Counted from the first letter of the whole stretch, positions 1 through 12,540 are shown. The stretch: DNA of 63,918 bases, filler included, from Thraustochytrium aureum (GCA_012862495.1; 7 parts of 4 records of this genome joined end to end with filler, not necessarily neighbours in it), one strand, 5' to 3'. The notes: a model not told the origin generated them from the letters alone. Translations and numbers: made by a program.

Positions 1-1
1 A

Positions 2-3000
2 AGCCCGCGTCACGGTGCGGGCGGTGGCGGCGGGACGCCGCGAGGTGGCGGGAGCCCGAAGGCGCTCGAGCGGCAAATGGAACGGTTTGCCAAAGAGCAG
101 GCCTCGATGGTGGCCGAAATCAAGTTCGAGCTGCAGCGGGCCTTGTCAAGCGTGTCCGGCATCGGCGGCTTGTCCCATCAAGCACCTCGCTCGCCCGGCC
201 AAGGCGGCGCGAACAGCCCGAAGAACGACCCAAAGTACGAAAAGCTCATGGAAATGCTGCAGTCCAAGCTCGACGGGGGCTCGAGCGAGACCGCCCTGAA
301 CCGCGAGCAGGTCGAGTCGATGCGGAACGAGCTCGAGCGCCAGTCTGCGATGAACGAGCAACTCATCAAGCGGCTTCAAGACGCCGAGACCCTTGTCAGC
401 CGCTTGGCGACTGGCACCCAGCAAGTCGAGGGCCGATATGCTGAGTTTGGGTCCAGCCCGACGTCCACTCCCCCGGGGAGCCCTTCCTCGGGGCCGGCGT
501 ACAGCGGGTCACGTCGCCGGCCGCGGGGGCCGCAAGACGAGTCCAGGGCTCTCGATCGAGGTGGTGTCGCTCTTGCGCTTCTGCAGCCAAAACAGGACCT
601 GCATCTGGAGCGCCCGCGCGGTCGCGCTGGGCGCGCATTTGGGGAAGCGCAGCTCAGCGCACTGAGGCTTCCGCCGAGCGAATGGGCAGAATCCTACATC
701 GTGCTTCACAACCGTCTCGTGGCCTGCATGGAGCGGCTCGTTGCCAAAGAGAGTGAGGTTGCCAAATTAGAGCGGCAGCTCCACGACTTTGAGCAAAAGG
801 CAGAGGCGCACTCCACACAAATGGCCGTGCTTTATCGCGAGCACGTCGACTCGAAGGCAGAGTGGCTGCAGGAAACAAAGTCGCTCACCAAGGAGGCCGA
901 GGAGGCTCGCGCCGAGCGCGATGCCCTCCGTGCCAAGGCGCGCCGCCTCGACACGATGTGCGCAGTCTTGGAAGGCGACGACGACACGGCGCGCAGCCAT
1001 GTCAAGGAGCTGACGCGCAAAGTTGCGGTTCTCGAGGTGAATGAGGTCGTTCTAGCGCGCAAGTACAACTTGATCGCCGAAGAGGAGCGCGCCGCTCGCA
1101 ACGAGCGCGACACCTTGCAGCACGAAATGGTGCAGGCCGAGACCACGCTTCGCGAGCGAGTTTTGTACTTGGAGGAGTGGAAGGCCGGCGCGCAGGCGCA
1201 GTTGGCCGCGCTCGAGCGCCGACTAGACGATTGCGTTCCGCGCGAAGCGCACGAGCAATCGATGCGCAAGTTGGCGAATCTCAAGCACAAGTACCGCGAG
1301 CTGCTCAGCCGCGAGGCCCAGTTGCGCGGCAGGACGAGCGGGGCGCAAGCGCTCCGGCGCCGCGTGCACGAGCTTGAAGCGGAGCTAGAAGTCGCGAGGG
1401 CCGAAAGCCTCAAGGCCAAGCAAGAGGCGAATACCGCGCGGGAGCAGCTCGAGTGGGCCAAGGGCAAGCTCGCCGGGCTGCAGGAGGCGGGCGGGAACCT
1501 ACCAGCCCCCGGGGACGATCGCCCGTCGCTACATCGCGTCGAAGACCTTGTGCAACAGCTCGCTAAAGTCAAGGGGGAGCTCGTGGAGAAAGAAATCATC
1601 ATGGGGAGCGCCACAAAGCGCGCAGAAATCTTTGAGCGGCGCGCCGCAGAGCTTGCGCAGGAGCTTCACGAGGAGACTTCCCGAGCGGATCAAGCCGAGA
1701 TAGCCCTTGATGCCGCGCGGGAGATAGCCGGCAAGGTAGAGCAGGAGCTGCTCGAGCTGCGAGACGCTTACCAGGGCGGCGCCAGCCGCGAGGAACGCCG
1801 CGTCCTTGAAGATCGCGTTGCGGAGCTCGAGGGCATGTTCGAGTCGTTGTCGCGGGAGAACTATCGGTACCGGGAGCTCGCAGACATTGCGAGCTCGCAG
1901 GTGCAGGCATTCGAAATGTCGCACAGTGCCAAGGAGCAAGAGGCCGAGGCACTCCGAACGCAGCTTCGCGAGATGAACGCGCGAACTGACGACGACGCGA
2001 TCATCGGCAAGATTCAGCACGAGCTCACGTCAACCAAGGTGAGCTACCAGCTCTTCGTGCGCAAGTTTGAGCTGGCCAAGGTCGCCATCCGGCGCAGCGA
2101 GCTCGAACTGCACAAGCTGCGAAGCGAGCTTGACGAAAAGGACCGGATGCTGCGGCAGACGCGCGAGGAGGCGCGCGTCCGCATCTTCGCACTCGAGGGC
2201 GCGCTAGAGCATCTTGGCGGCTCGGCTACTCCTGCGGTGCCAACGACGGGCGGCGCAGCGGCGGGCGGCGCTGGCGCAGGGGCTCTCTCCGAATTCGCCC
2301 TTGCTGGAATGGAGCGGTTGTCCGAGACGATTGCTCGTCTTGGCGAGGCCGCCGAGCAGTCCGAGGAAGCGCTAAGGCGCTCAGAGGCAGCGCGCCGGAA
2401 TCTCGAGACTGAAGTGGACAAGCGCGCGCTGGAGCTCGAGAGCGTCCAGAGCGCGCTCGCAGACCTTCGGCAGCGCGTCTTCTCTGGAGCACCAAACGGC
2501 GGAACCGACCAGGGCGTCGCGCCGATCGCCGAGCACCAAACCCTTGCGCGCCGTCTGCTAGACCTGAATGAGGAGCTCAAGCTTGCGAAGCTGGAGAGTA
2601 TGCGGCAAAAACGCGAGCTGCAGCTCTTGCGCGAAGAAAAGTTCCACGTGGACAAGCTCCGCGAGAAGGACGAAGAGCACATGGCGCGCTTGGAAGAGGC
2701 GATTGCGAATGCCGAGAACGCGCTGCGCAGGCGCGAAGACGAGCGCACGCTCCGCGACGCCGCAGATCCAACCGCCAGGGACGGCTTTGGCGTCCCTCTT
2801 CTCGCATTTCGGGGCGCGCCATCTTTGCGAACTCCTGCAGGAGCCGGAATCGCGGCGGATGGTGGTCTTGGTGGCTCCCAAGTCGTCGAGGACGCCGAAC
2901 TGCGGAAGGATGTCCTGAACAAATCCGAACTCGTAGCCGAGCTCCAAGCCCAGGTCCGCGACGCCGATATGCGCGAGGAGCAACTTGGACGCCAGCTGGA

Positions 3001-5930
3001 GCGCAAGAGCGCAAAAGTGCGTTTCCTGCAGAAGCGACTGCGTGCAGAGGGCATCCGTGACGAGGAAGACGAGGGCGAAATCGACGGCGCAGACGACGGG
3101 TCCGAGGGGGGCAGTAGCGGCGGCGAGTCGGGCGGGGACGAGAACCGTGCGCGCGGCAACAAGGGGCCGCGCACGGCGAAGCGGCGCGCGCGGCCGAGGG
3201 CGAATGGAGGGAGCTACTACGAGGCCGATGCGCGCAAGATGCAGGCCGCGGCCCAGCAAACGATTGCGTCGCTCAAGGACATGGTCAGTCGCAAAGAACC
3301 AGATCATTGAAAGCCTCAAGCAAAAGATGGATCTTGTCAGGAAAAACTACACGGCCGAGCGCGAGCGCGACCAAGCAGAGATCGAGCGCCTCACAGAGAA
3401 GCTGTACGAGGAAAACAAGCAGGCGATCGGCAAGCTGCGCAATGCGTACGAAGACATCTCGAGGGGAGCTGTGCCTGGTAACGACCCGGCAAACGCGGGA
3501 GCAGGATTCGGCCAACCCGACCACGTTCTGCACCGGGAGCTTATGGACCGGCTTGACGAAGCCGACACGCTCCTCGAGCGCAAGGACCGCAGGATTCTCG
3601 AGCTAGAGAGCGTCATTGAGGAGCTCCGCATCCTTCGGCAGCGCGCCGAGGACCAAGCAGGCAGAAATGCGGAGATCGCCGAGTCCCTCCGCGAAAAGGT
3701 GCGCCGTGTGACCCTGCAAACCGAGTCGCACGCTCAGGACCACCTGGTCAAGCAGCTCCGGGGCCAGCTTGTAGCCAAGGACAAGAAACTCGTCGGGCTA
3801 CGGGCTGCAGTCATTGCGCTCAAGAACGAGTTTGTCAAGGCTGAAGAAGATCACGAAGACGAGCTGATTCGAAAGGACCGCGAAATCGCCAGCCTGTCCT
3901 CGAGCAAGGCGCAGGCAGGCAGGCGCGGCGGAGATGCGGACGCTACTGAAGAGGACGGCGGCGGTTCGACCAGCGGCCTCAGGCGCCAGCTCGAGTCCCT
4001 CAAGGAACGTGTCGAGCGCACACGCGAAGACCTCGCGGATGCCAAGACGAGAGAAGAGAAGGCGCGCTCCGAAGTGACCAAACTACGACGGCAGCTACGG
4101 GACAAGGTGGACCTCGAGGAAGGCCGCGAGTCGGACGCCACACACGTCGCCGGACAGGTGAGGAAGCTCCAGGACAAGGTTGATGACCTCAAGCGAGAGA
4201 ACCACCGCCTCAAGCAGACACTAGCGAACGCTGGCGGGGCGAGCAGTGACGATAGGCCCAGGGCTGGGCACGAGCAAAAGAGCGACGCGAAGGGCCCTGG
4301 CGAGGCGGGCGACGCTCCTCGGCAAGTGGACGTTTTGCGGCGACAGATGGACGAGCTCGAGCGCAAGCTAAAGGTCACACAGGCGCAGAACGCAGCTCTG
4401 CGATCTGCAGCGCGCAGTGGCAGCGGCGGCGGCGAGAGCGGGTCCAATGCCAACGAGAAAGAGAGCGCGCTTCAGGGAGGGCCGCTGGCGATCTCCAAGT
4501 GGGAAGCAGACAAACGACTCGAGCGAAAGGTCGCCGGTCTCTCGCGCAAGCTGGAGGAGCGTGGGAAAGAGCTCGAAGCTGCGCGGGCGCAGGCTGAACA
4601 GGCCAAGCAGCTACTGGACAGGGCCACAAAGGACCGAAGCGCCCTCGAGGCTCGGCTAGGCCGAACCGGCGCTGGCACCCTGCGCCGTGGTGGGCAAGGC
4701 ACAACCCTCGACCAAGACGCGCTGCTTCGGGAGCGCGACGGCATCCACCTACTTCGGGAAGAGCTGGAGGCGGCAAAACGGGAGCGTGCGCGGCTTGAAC
4801 GGGAAGTGGGCGAACTGAAGCGCGTGGCAGAAGTCGAACAGCGAGGGGAGATCAGCAGGCTGCAGCGCCAAGTTAGCGCGACCCGCGCTCGCGCCGTCGA
4901 GCTGGAGGACGAGCTTGACGCGCTCCGATCGCGCAGAGGTCGGGGAGCTGGCGACTCCCTTCAGGCTGCCGAGGACCAGTTTGCGCGAGAAGACGAGCTG
5001 CGTCAGCAGCTCTCGCAAGCCAGAAAGGAGACGAGGTCGCTCGAGGCAGAACTGCTTGAGCGCGACAACACGATCCTCGAGCTGCGCTTCGAGCTCGAGC
5101 AGGCGGCCGGGAAGGCAGTCAGACTCGAGAAAGAATCGCGGCTCGGAGGCGAGCTGGGCTCTGGAGGCGATGCGCTCGCGCTCGTCTCGAGTTCGCCGAT
5201 TCATGGCGCTGGCGCCAAACGAGCGGCTGGAGAGCGCTTTAAGCGCGAGCGAGACCTGGAGAATGTTGTAGAGTCGATGAAGAAAGTTGTGAGCAAGCTG
5301 CAAGGCGAGAACGACCGCCTCCGGCGCTCGGCGGGCTCGTCGGCGCGGCAGCAAGAGTCTGCCAAACAGGTCAAGACACTGCGCAAGGAGAAGGAAGAGC
5401 TGGAGGCCAACGTCGAGTCGCTGACGCGGCGCCTAAACCAATCGTCAGATGCTGGCGCCAAGGCCGCTCGCCTGGAGGAGGCGCTCAAAGCAGCGAAACG
5501 GCAGATCCGCGAGCGCGAAAGCCTCCTTGAGCACGAGCGCGAGCAAACGCGCAAGGTGGCCAGTGAAAAGGCGCGGCTGGCCGAGGAGCTTGAGGAGGCC
5601 AATTTTCGCCAAGGGCGTGGCGCTGCTGACTCTGCGGTGGAGCAGCAGCTGCGGCGGCGAATCCAAGAGCAGCAGAACCATATTGATAGGCTGGAAGCAG
5701 AGCAGGGCGCGGTTGCTGGCGGTCGCGGGGGCGATGCGTTGGCTCTGCGGTCAGAGGTTGCAAGGCTGCGCGGGGAGAATCAGCGCTTGCTGAACGAGCT
5801 TGGTGCTTTCGACCTGGATTTCTTCAACGAAGTTGAAGACATGAAGTACAACTACGCGCGCGCCAGGGAGGAGTTGGCGCGGAAAGACCAGGAGCTGTCG
5901 AGTTTGCGCACGCAGCTTCGCCGCGCATGA
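2..5930 (+). CDS. CEP290: Centrosomal/transition-zone protein CEP290 homologue, 5'-partial, with one apparent +1 frameshift at ~3293-3295
   Basis: About 1970 codons of coiled coil, with the frame open from base 2. The C-terminus ELGAFDLDFFNEVEDMKYNY matches the CEP290 signature (ELxxFDxxFFEEIEDLKYNY). ORFs 77..3310 and 2985..5930 join as DMVSRKNQIIESLKQK if one A of cgcaaagaac is removed. Confidence 0.85.
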
Positions 5931-6031
5931 TGCTTAGCGGTGGATCCACGCGAGCCTGTCTTTCGATTTACTGGCTAGCTAGAGAGAGTTCGACCGACCC
6001 GCTTGCCAAGACGTATGCTTCGCGGCGCCCG

Positions 6032-9000
6032 TTAGCGCGACGGCTGATCGGTATTCTGGTCCTTTGGTGCATCTTCGCGCACCATGGAGCCAAGCTCGAC
6101 TTCAACGGGTTCGCTCCTTCCAGGTCCGCGGGTCGCCGCCCCGTCAGCTTCGCCAGAGCTCGTCTCCGTCGCCCCGTTCTGCGTCGAGCGGTCTCTCCCA
6201 AGTCCCAAAGCGCCCATATGAGGCAGAGGAGACCCGTGGCGAAGGGAGGGCATCCCAGCGAGGGGTCCTGCGCTTTCCCTTGAGACAGCCTGCCCCTGTG
6301 CCGAAGCAAACTGCAAAGGGCGCAACAAACTCGCCTTGTCGTTCCCGGTCTGCAAGATGTGCAGAACCTCTCGGACCATGCTGGCAAATGTAAAGATAAG
6401 AGCCGCCCTCGCCAGCGAACATCTCCNNNNNNNNNNNNNNNNNNNNNNNNNNNNNNNNNNNNNNNNNNNNNNNNNNNNNNNNNNNNNNNNNNNNNNNNNN
6501 NNNNNNNNNNNNNNNNNNNNNNNNNNNNNNNNNNNNNNNNNNNNNNNNNNNNNNNNNNNNNNNNNNNNNNNNNNNNNNNNNNNNNNNNNNNNNNNNNNNN
6601 NNNNNNNNNNNNNNNNNNNNNNNNNNNNNNNNNNNNNNNNNNNNNNNNNNNNNNNNNNNNNTCCAGCTCTTGCTCTGCGATCCCCGAGCGGTGAAACTGT
6701 GTCCTTTCGCGCATCAAGCAAAGCAGCTTTTCCGCATGCCTTGGCGAGAAGACCTTGACAAGCTCCTCCCGAGCCACAAAAGTGGGGATTTCTTGTTGAC
6801 ACGAGTCTCGCAAGAACTTGAAGCGGGCGATAAATGAGTGCGGCCCGTTGAGGAACGCGACGTCCTCGAGAGGGTGTTCGACGCCAAAGAGCCGCATACT
6901 GTCGCTATTGTCGCTATTGTCAACATCTGTTGCCGACCGTCCTGCTGGCGTCGATCCAGACTGGTCCGCTGACAGAGGCGACAGCTCTGGGTCACGAGCG
7001 CCAGCGCCAGTGCCAAAGCTCGACCGGGCCGGGTTGGTCGCAGCGCCTTTCGGGGCGGCCTTTCGTCGGCAACCGCAGCACAGCAGCGGGATGTAAAAGT
7101 TGACCACATCATACTGCAAGGTGGCCAGAAACATGAAGAACGACTCACTGAAGCTAACCCGCTTGCGAAGGCGCTTGCGCTCCTGGAGGCTTACGTATGC
7201 CTCAACGACGATACTGAGAAGCACATTAAAAAGCACCAATGTGGTGAGGAAGATGTAGGACCAGAGAAAGATGCTGCCCGCAGCCCCCACCTGGCCAATG
7301 GAAATCGAGTCGTTGTACACGATTGAGCTCACATCTTCGACTTCGCCCAGAGAGACGAAGAGGAGCGAGGCCATACTCCGCCCCAGCGTCGAGAACGAGT
7401 CGCCGTCGCTCGCGAACAATAGCAACCCGATGTAGGCGTAGGACACGACGATGAGGAGGAACACAACGAGAAAGGACACGAGGTCGCCCGCGGCGTTGTG
7501 CAGAATGGCGCTGATTATGGCGGTGTCGTCATGAAAGTCGAGAAGCACGATCGTCCGAACGACCATGAGCATGAGGAGGCACGCGTAAAACGTGCGAAGG
7601 CGTTGCGTCTCCTGGATGAGGACTGTGATATCGGCCAGCGCGGCGAAGACCTCCTCCGAGCTATGGTCCTCAAACGGCTCAAAGTTTGTGCTGGCAGAAA
7701 CATAGATGAAGTACCAACTCGCACAGAGCAGGTGGAGCACAATGAGGAACCCTTCCAAGAGGAGGTCCGAGAACGGCGTCTTGCGCTGGGCCCTGCTCAC
7801 CCCGCAGGCGCCGTTGCGGTACAGCAGCTTGGAGGAGAAGTAGATTGCGTTTCCAACGGCGATGATCATGTAGACAACGGTGGCGGCAAAGGCGCCAGTG
7901 ACCTTCGCAGGGTTGGCCGCCTGGCCGGACTCGATCGCAAGGTCTGCGTTCACGGCGCCACCCGAGCTGAACGTGAAACAGATGTCGAAGAATCCAAAGC
8001 GGCCGATGCCGTTCGGGTTGTGGACGATGAGCGCGAGGCAGGCGGACTTGGTCCCACGGTCCACCCACTGAACCTCCCTCAGGTATTCGAGAACGCAGAG
8101 CGCGTCCGAGGCGTGCATGTTGCGAAATCCCAGGTCGATGATCGTCGCAAAAGCCTCTGACTCGGGGAAGTACTTGAGCAAGTCTTCTCCGAACACTTGC
8201 GGGGGTTGTTCCAAAGCTTGAGGGTCCAGCCTGAGCTTGACCGAGTCGTAGGAGGTGGCGACCTGGCCAGAGGTGCAGTGGATATCCTTGAAAGGCTCCT
8301 CGTAGCCCTGCAGCTCGGCCTCGAAAAGGTCGGCCGTCTGTGAGGCGCAAGGGTGCATAATCCGACGCTCTTGCCTGAGAATGAGGCCTGGCTGGTGCCG
8401 GTTGTTCTGGTCCAGGTAGCCGGAGAACTCGCTCACGTTGGTGCAGTCGGCTAACCAAGTCTTGTTGTTGAGCACGTCGGAGCAAGAGCCCGGCTTGCAC
8501 TTGGGAGCTACAAACGGGTCGCCTTGGTAGAGGTGTTCAATTGTTGCCGCCGCAAAGTCGTAAAAGTCTTTCACCCCGCGAACGTCCTCGAACCCTCTGT
8601 CGCTGGACCCAAACCGGATCGTCTTCACAGCCTGGAGCAACGCTGTCTCCTGGCTGTTGCTGTCTGGCTCGTACCAGAGGAGCTGCATCCATGCCACAAC
8701 CGACACGACAACCAGCAGGAGCAGGTGGTTGCACAGTCTCCGCCACCCCTTGTGAAGCCGCAGCACCTCCAGCGAGACATCGCGCAGTGCAGCAACGCTA
8801 ATGATCACCTTTCTGTTAAACACGCGCTGCGCGTACCGCCGCGCCACGAACCCGCGATAGTGCGCTTGAAGCTTGACAACACTTCGGAGCTCCTCCGGCG
8901 TTAGCTTTACGCGCCCGGCAGTCCCATCCGCATCGTACGGGTACCACGACGGCGGGCGCTGGGGGACCGTTTGCCGGGTCGACAGCCGGCTCCACCGTCG

Positions 9001-9036
9001 CCGCTTGTGCGCGAGCACCGCCGCCTGCGTCGCCAT
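6032..9036 (-). CDS. Polycystin-2/TRPP-like cation channel with N-terminal IQ motif; gap at 6427-6661
   Basis: IQ motif VVKLQAHYRGFVARRY; TM1 followed by a large extracellular loop containing WVDRGTKSACLALIVHNPN (PKD2-type WxDRGTRxxxxxxxxYNxN); further TMs; pore helix FSTLGRSMASLLFVSLGE; S6 LFNVLLSIVVEAY. First ATG at 9036. The C-terminus after the gap is most plausibly the frame ending at 6032. Confidence 0.8.
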
Positions 9037-9248
9037 CGGGGAATGAACGCCCGCCCACACCGGCACGCCCGGCAGCAAAAGAGACGCCGGAGTCCCGACT
9101 CTTGAGTCTCCGCCATGTATTGAATTTCCGTATTGATCCAAGGAGTCAAGAGTCAATTCCGCCCAATTTCAAGAGTCAATCACGCGCCAAAAAGTGTGAA
9201 TGAATGAATGTGATGTGGAGTGTGAGGACGAAGCACAAGAAAGAAGAA

Positions 9249-9864
9249 ATGGACTCGTGCACGCGATGTGGCGGACTTGACTTCGTCGTGCCAGTGGCGC
9301 CTCGNNNNNNNNNNNNNNNNNNNNNNNNNNNNNNNNNNNNNNNNNNNNNNNNNNNNNNNNNNNNNNNNNNNNNNNNNNNNNNNNNNNNNNNNNNNNNNNN
9401 NNNNNNNNNNNNNNNNNNNNNNNNNNNNNNNNNNNNNNNNNNNNNNNNNNNNNNNNNNNNNNNNNNNNNNNNNNNNNNNNNNNNNNNNNNNNNNNNNNNN
9501 NNNNNNNNNNNNNNNNNNNNNNNNNNNNNNNNNNNNNNNNNNNNNNNNNNNNNNNNNNNNNNNNNNNNNNNNNNNNNNNNNNNNNNNNNNNNNNNNNNNN
9601 NNNNNNNNNNNNNNNNNNNNNNNNNNNNNNNNNNNNNNNNNNNNNNNNNNNNNNNNNNNNNNNNNNNNNNNNNNNNNNNNNNNNNNNNNNNNNNNNNNNN
9701 NNNNNNNNNNNNNNNNNNNNNNNNNNNNNNNNNNNNNNNNNNNNNNNNNNNNNNNNNNNNNNNNNNNNNNNNNNNNNNNNNNNNNNNNNNNNCGACTGCG
9801 GCCAGTGCTGTTGATGGAGGAACTGGACTGGTGCTGCACACTGGCAGATGTTCGGCTGCCGTAG
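9249..9864 (+). CDS. Possible small protein starting with a CxxC zinc-ribbon-like motif; mostly in a gap
   Basis: ATG after an A-rich leader gives MDSCTRCGGLDFVVPVAP, then gap 9305-9792. The 3' frame is uncertain. Confidence 0.2.
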
Positions 9865-10206
9865 TGCCTCATTTGCGCTTGCTCTGGGTGTCGCAACGAT
9901 TCTTTGGCGGGCGGCAGAGTCCATTCCACACGGCGCGAAGGCGCGGCAAGAAGCAAAAAGCGAGTCGGAGAGCTCGATTGGGGCCCAGGCACCCTGAAGC
10001 AAGCCTTTGATAAAGCTGGACACGAGCAGCCTACAGCCTCTCTCAAGCGTTGCCTCGGCCTTGCTTGCTGGAGCAGTAGTTCCCTGTTGGTTAGGCGCAC
10101 GCGTGGCAGCAAGGCGCGCTGAAGGGGCACGAGTGCGCGAAGCGTGGCGTCGATGGTCTTGTATGCTAGGCCGAACGCGGCGCCGCTGCCTGCAATGCTG
10201 CCTGCA

Positions 10207-10923
10207 ATGGCAGAGAGCGACGATGTCGCGAGCAAGAGGGCCAAGCAGCGCGACCTTGCAGAAGCCCTGGAAATACAAATTCGGCGCGACATGTATCGCA
10301 AGCGACGCGACAGGCTGGACTACCACCCGCCGCGGATCGGCGAGGGAATCGTCGACAGCCTCGATCATTACGTGTCGGCCAGCGAGGCAGGCTTTTACAC
10401 CCGTGACCGCAACTCTGGCGATCCGCGTCGGCAAGCACAGCCGACTTGCTACGCGTGCCGAGGATGCAATGGAGCGGGCTGCCGCGGGTGCGCAAGCGGT
10501 GCCCGGGCGGCAAGGCAATGCGCGATGCTGGTTATTTGCCCGTCCGTGAACTCCAACCCTGGGCGCGAGCCGTATTTTGCACAAGATGCATCAGCGGCCG
10601 AGCAGGCTGCTCGAGCAGAAGAACAAGCCCGAGCCCAGTGGCGCGCTCTCGAGGCTCAGCGACAAGCTGCGTACGCGGTGCAGGTGCAGCTTGAGTACGA
10701 GGCACTCGTGGACCAGGTGCGCGAGCAGTCGATTCGAGAGCAGGTCTGGCACGTCGCAGATGAGCTCGATGCCCTGGAGCACGAAGTCAGGGCCCGGAGC
10801 GAAGTTCTTGCTGGCGAGCTCGCCAGGCAGCGCTTCCAAAGCGAGGAGACCGCCCTTCAGCTGCGCGAGATGCAGGAGCAAAGCGCAGCTGCTTTGGCAA
10901 CGCAACATTACATGTATGCATAA
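10207..10923 (+). CDS. Hypothetical protein with a Cys cluster and C-terminal coiled coil
   Basis: Open frame with CYACRGCNGAGCRGC and heptad-rich EQ/AR segments. Other in-frame ATGs at 10153 and 10195. Confidence 0.5.
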   Translation: MAESDDVASKRAKQRDLAEALEIQIRRDMYRKRRDRLDYHPPRIGEGIVDSLDHYVSASEAGFYTRDRNSGDPRRQAQPTCYACRGCNGAGCRGCASGARAARQCAMLVICPSVNSNPGREPYFAQDASAAEQAARAEEQARAQWRALEAQRQAAYAVQVQLEYEALVDQVREQSIREQVWHVADELDALEHEVRARSEVLAGELARQRFQSEETALQLREMQEQSAAALATQHYMYA

Positions 10924-11052
10924 CGTATATGCCATGAGCGTGTTTCTGACTACAGCGGACCGTCAAGCGTACGGACGCGATGTGAATCGGTACCTTAGGG
11001 AAAACGAAAACGAGATCCATTTCTTGGCCCACAAGACTCCGCGATACTCTAC

Positions 11053-12540
11053 TCAGCACTGGGCAAGCTCTTCAGGGTCCGCCGCCAAGGTGGTCTCGAG
11101 CACCTCGTACGCACCTGTTTGCTCGCGGTGCGCCTCTTTCAGCTGCTCAATTAGGCGCAGCTCCAGCTCCTCCAGGCGGCGGATCTCTTGCTCCTTCTGC
11201 TGGCACTTTTCTGCCTCAGCCTTGAGCTGGCGGGCTTTCGCCGCACGCAGCTTGCGCTGACGCTCCTCCTCCACCCTGCGCTCAAAGTCCTTGCGGCGGC
11301 GCACCTCGTCCAGCCGCTTGGCGCGCTTGGCTTCGTTTTCTTTGCGCCACCTGTCTTCGAGCGCCTTCTTTTCCTCAAGGATGCGGCGCCGCTCTTCCTG
11401 GCACTGCGACTGGAGCGACCGCTTCTCGCGCAGCTGCCGCGAGAGCGCCTCCTGGCGCTTTTGCCGCGAAACCTCGCGCACCTTGCCGTTCTTGTGCGTC
11501 CCCGTCTCAACGAGCGAGGCAAGGCTTCCCTTGCGCCGCTCCAGTTCTTGCGCGCGGGCAGCGCGCTCGGCACGCTGCTCGCGGATTTGCTCGATGCGAG
11601 AGCGCGTCTCGCCCACCTTTTTCGTCGTCAGCTCGTGCTCGTGCCTCAGGTGCTGAATTCGGTTGCGCAGCAGCAGGACGTCCTCTTGCGCGATTTTCTG
11701 TGCTTTGCGTTCTTGCCGGATCAGGTTCTGCACTGTTTCGTAGTCGAGCTCGTCAAGGTCGGTCGTATCATCCTCGTGCGGCGGCTGCTTTTCGGCCGAA
11801 GCTGTGGAGCTTGTGTAGCCAATGCCTTTGCGCGATGAAGTTACAGAGGACGATCGCGACCGGCGCGATCTCGAGGATCGGCAAGAAGACTTGGAGTGAA
11901 CGCTGCCGTTGTCGTCAGCGCGCTCCTTGGCTGCTTCCCTCTCGCTCGTCTTGGACTCTGTGCGGTCTTCGCCATTCGGTTTTACAACCGCGGCTTCGTG
12001 CGCTTTGCTCTCGGAAAGGTCAGCCTCGTCCTTCAGTCCTTCGTCAAAGGCGGCATCCGCTGTCTCGGGGCTGCGCTCCGCCGTCTTTGCCTCGCTGTCT
12101 GCTAGGTCCTGGTTTCGCCCATCGCCAGCGTCTCCAGGCTCACCGTCTGGCCGCTTGGATTCATTCACGTAGTCTCCGTTGACCACAGCATCCTCGTCTG
12201 CGTATCCATCGCCCTCCGTTCCTTTGCTCCGAGGGCTTCCCGCGTCGTCGTCAAGGAAGTCGTCAGCATATTTGGCTTCGTCAACCTCGTCCTCCTTTTC
12301 TTCACCGTCGTCGTTCTGCGCGCGCTGCGAGTCTCCCCCGGCGGTGTCGCGCTTCCTTGGCGCGGCGTCGGCATGCTCTGGCGAGTCGCCGTTTGCTTTG
12401 CCACGCACTTTGGCGTCGATTGCGGCCGAGCGCTCGTCGCTTCCGCTTCCTGCAACCTCTGAATGCACAACGTCCAGTGGGGATTGGTCATCTAGGGCGT
12501 CCTCAGCAGTCGGAGCGGGGCCAGCAGCAGCGGCGTCCAT
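11053..12540 (-). CDS. Hypothetical protein: acidic disordered N-terminus plus charged coiled-coil C-terminus
   Basis: ATG at 12540 (MDAAAAGPAP...). 495 aa with coding-like codon use; C-half EDVLLLRNRIQHLRHEHELTTKKVGETRSR... is K/E/R-rich helix. Confidence 0.7.
   Translation of the reverse strand: MDAAAAGPAPTAEDALDDQSPLDVVHSEVAGSGSDERSAAIDAKVRGKANGDSPEHADAAPRKRDTAGGDSQRAQNDDGEEKEDEVDEAKYADDFLDDDAGSPRSKGTEGDGYADEDAVVNGDYVNESKRPDGEPGDAGDGRNQDLADSEAKTAERSPETADAAFDEGLKDEADLSESKAHEAAVVKPNGEDRTESKTSEREAAKERADDNGSVHSKSSCRSSRSRRSRSSSVTSSRKGIGYTSSTASAEKQPPHEDDTTDLDELDYETVQNLIRQERKAQKIAQEDVLLLRNRIQHLRHEHELTTKKVGETRSRIEQIREQRAERAARAQELERRKGSLASLVETGTHKNGKVREVSRQKRQEALSRQLREKRSLQSQCQEERRRILEEKKALEDRWRKENEAKRAKRLDEVRRRKDFERRVEEERQRKLRAAKARQLKAEAEKCQQKEQEIRRLEELELRLIEQLKEAHREQTGAYEVLETTLAADPEELAQC

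Noticed and set aside
3285..3310. Programmed ribosomal frameshift or two separate genes in CEP290
   Set aside because: One extra A in a short A-run restores a continuous protein. There is no slippery heptamer, and similar indels occur throughout the assembly.
832..5602. Long antisense ORFs overlapping CEP290 (and similar ones opposite OSGEP, PP5, NOC2 and SNX)
   Set aside because: These are shadow ORFs expected from high GC and biased codon use; they are S/R/A-rich with no motifs.
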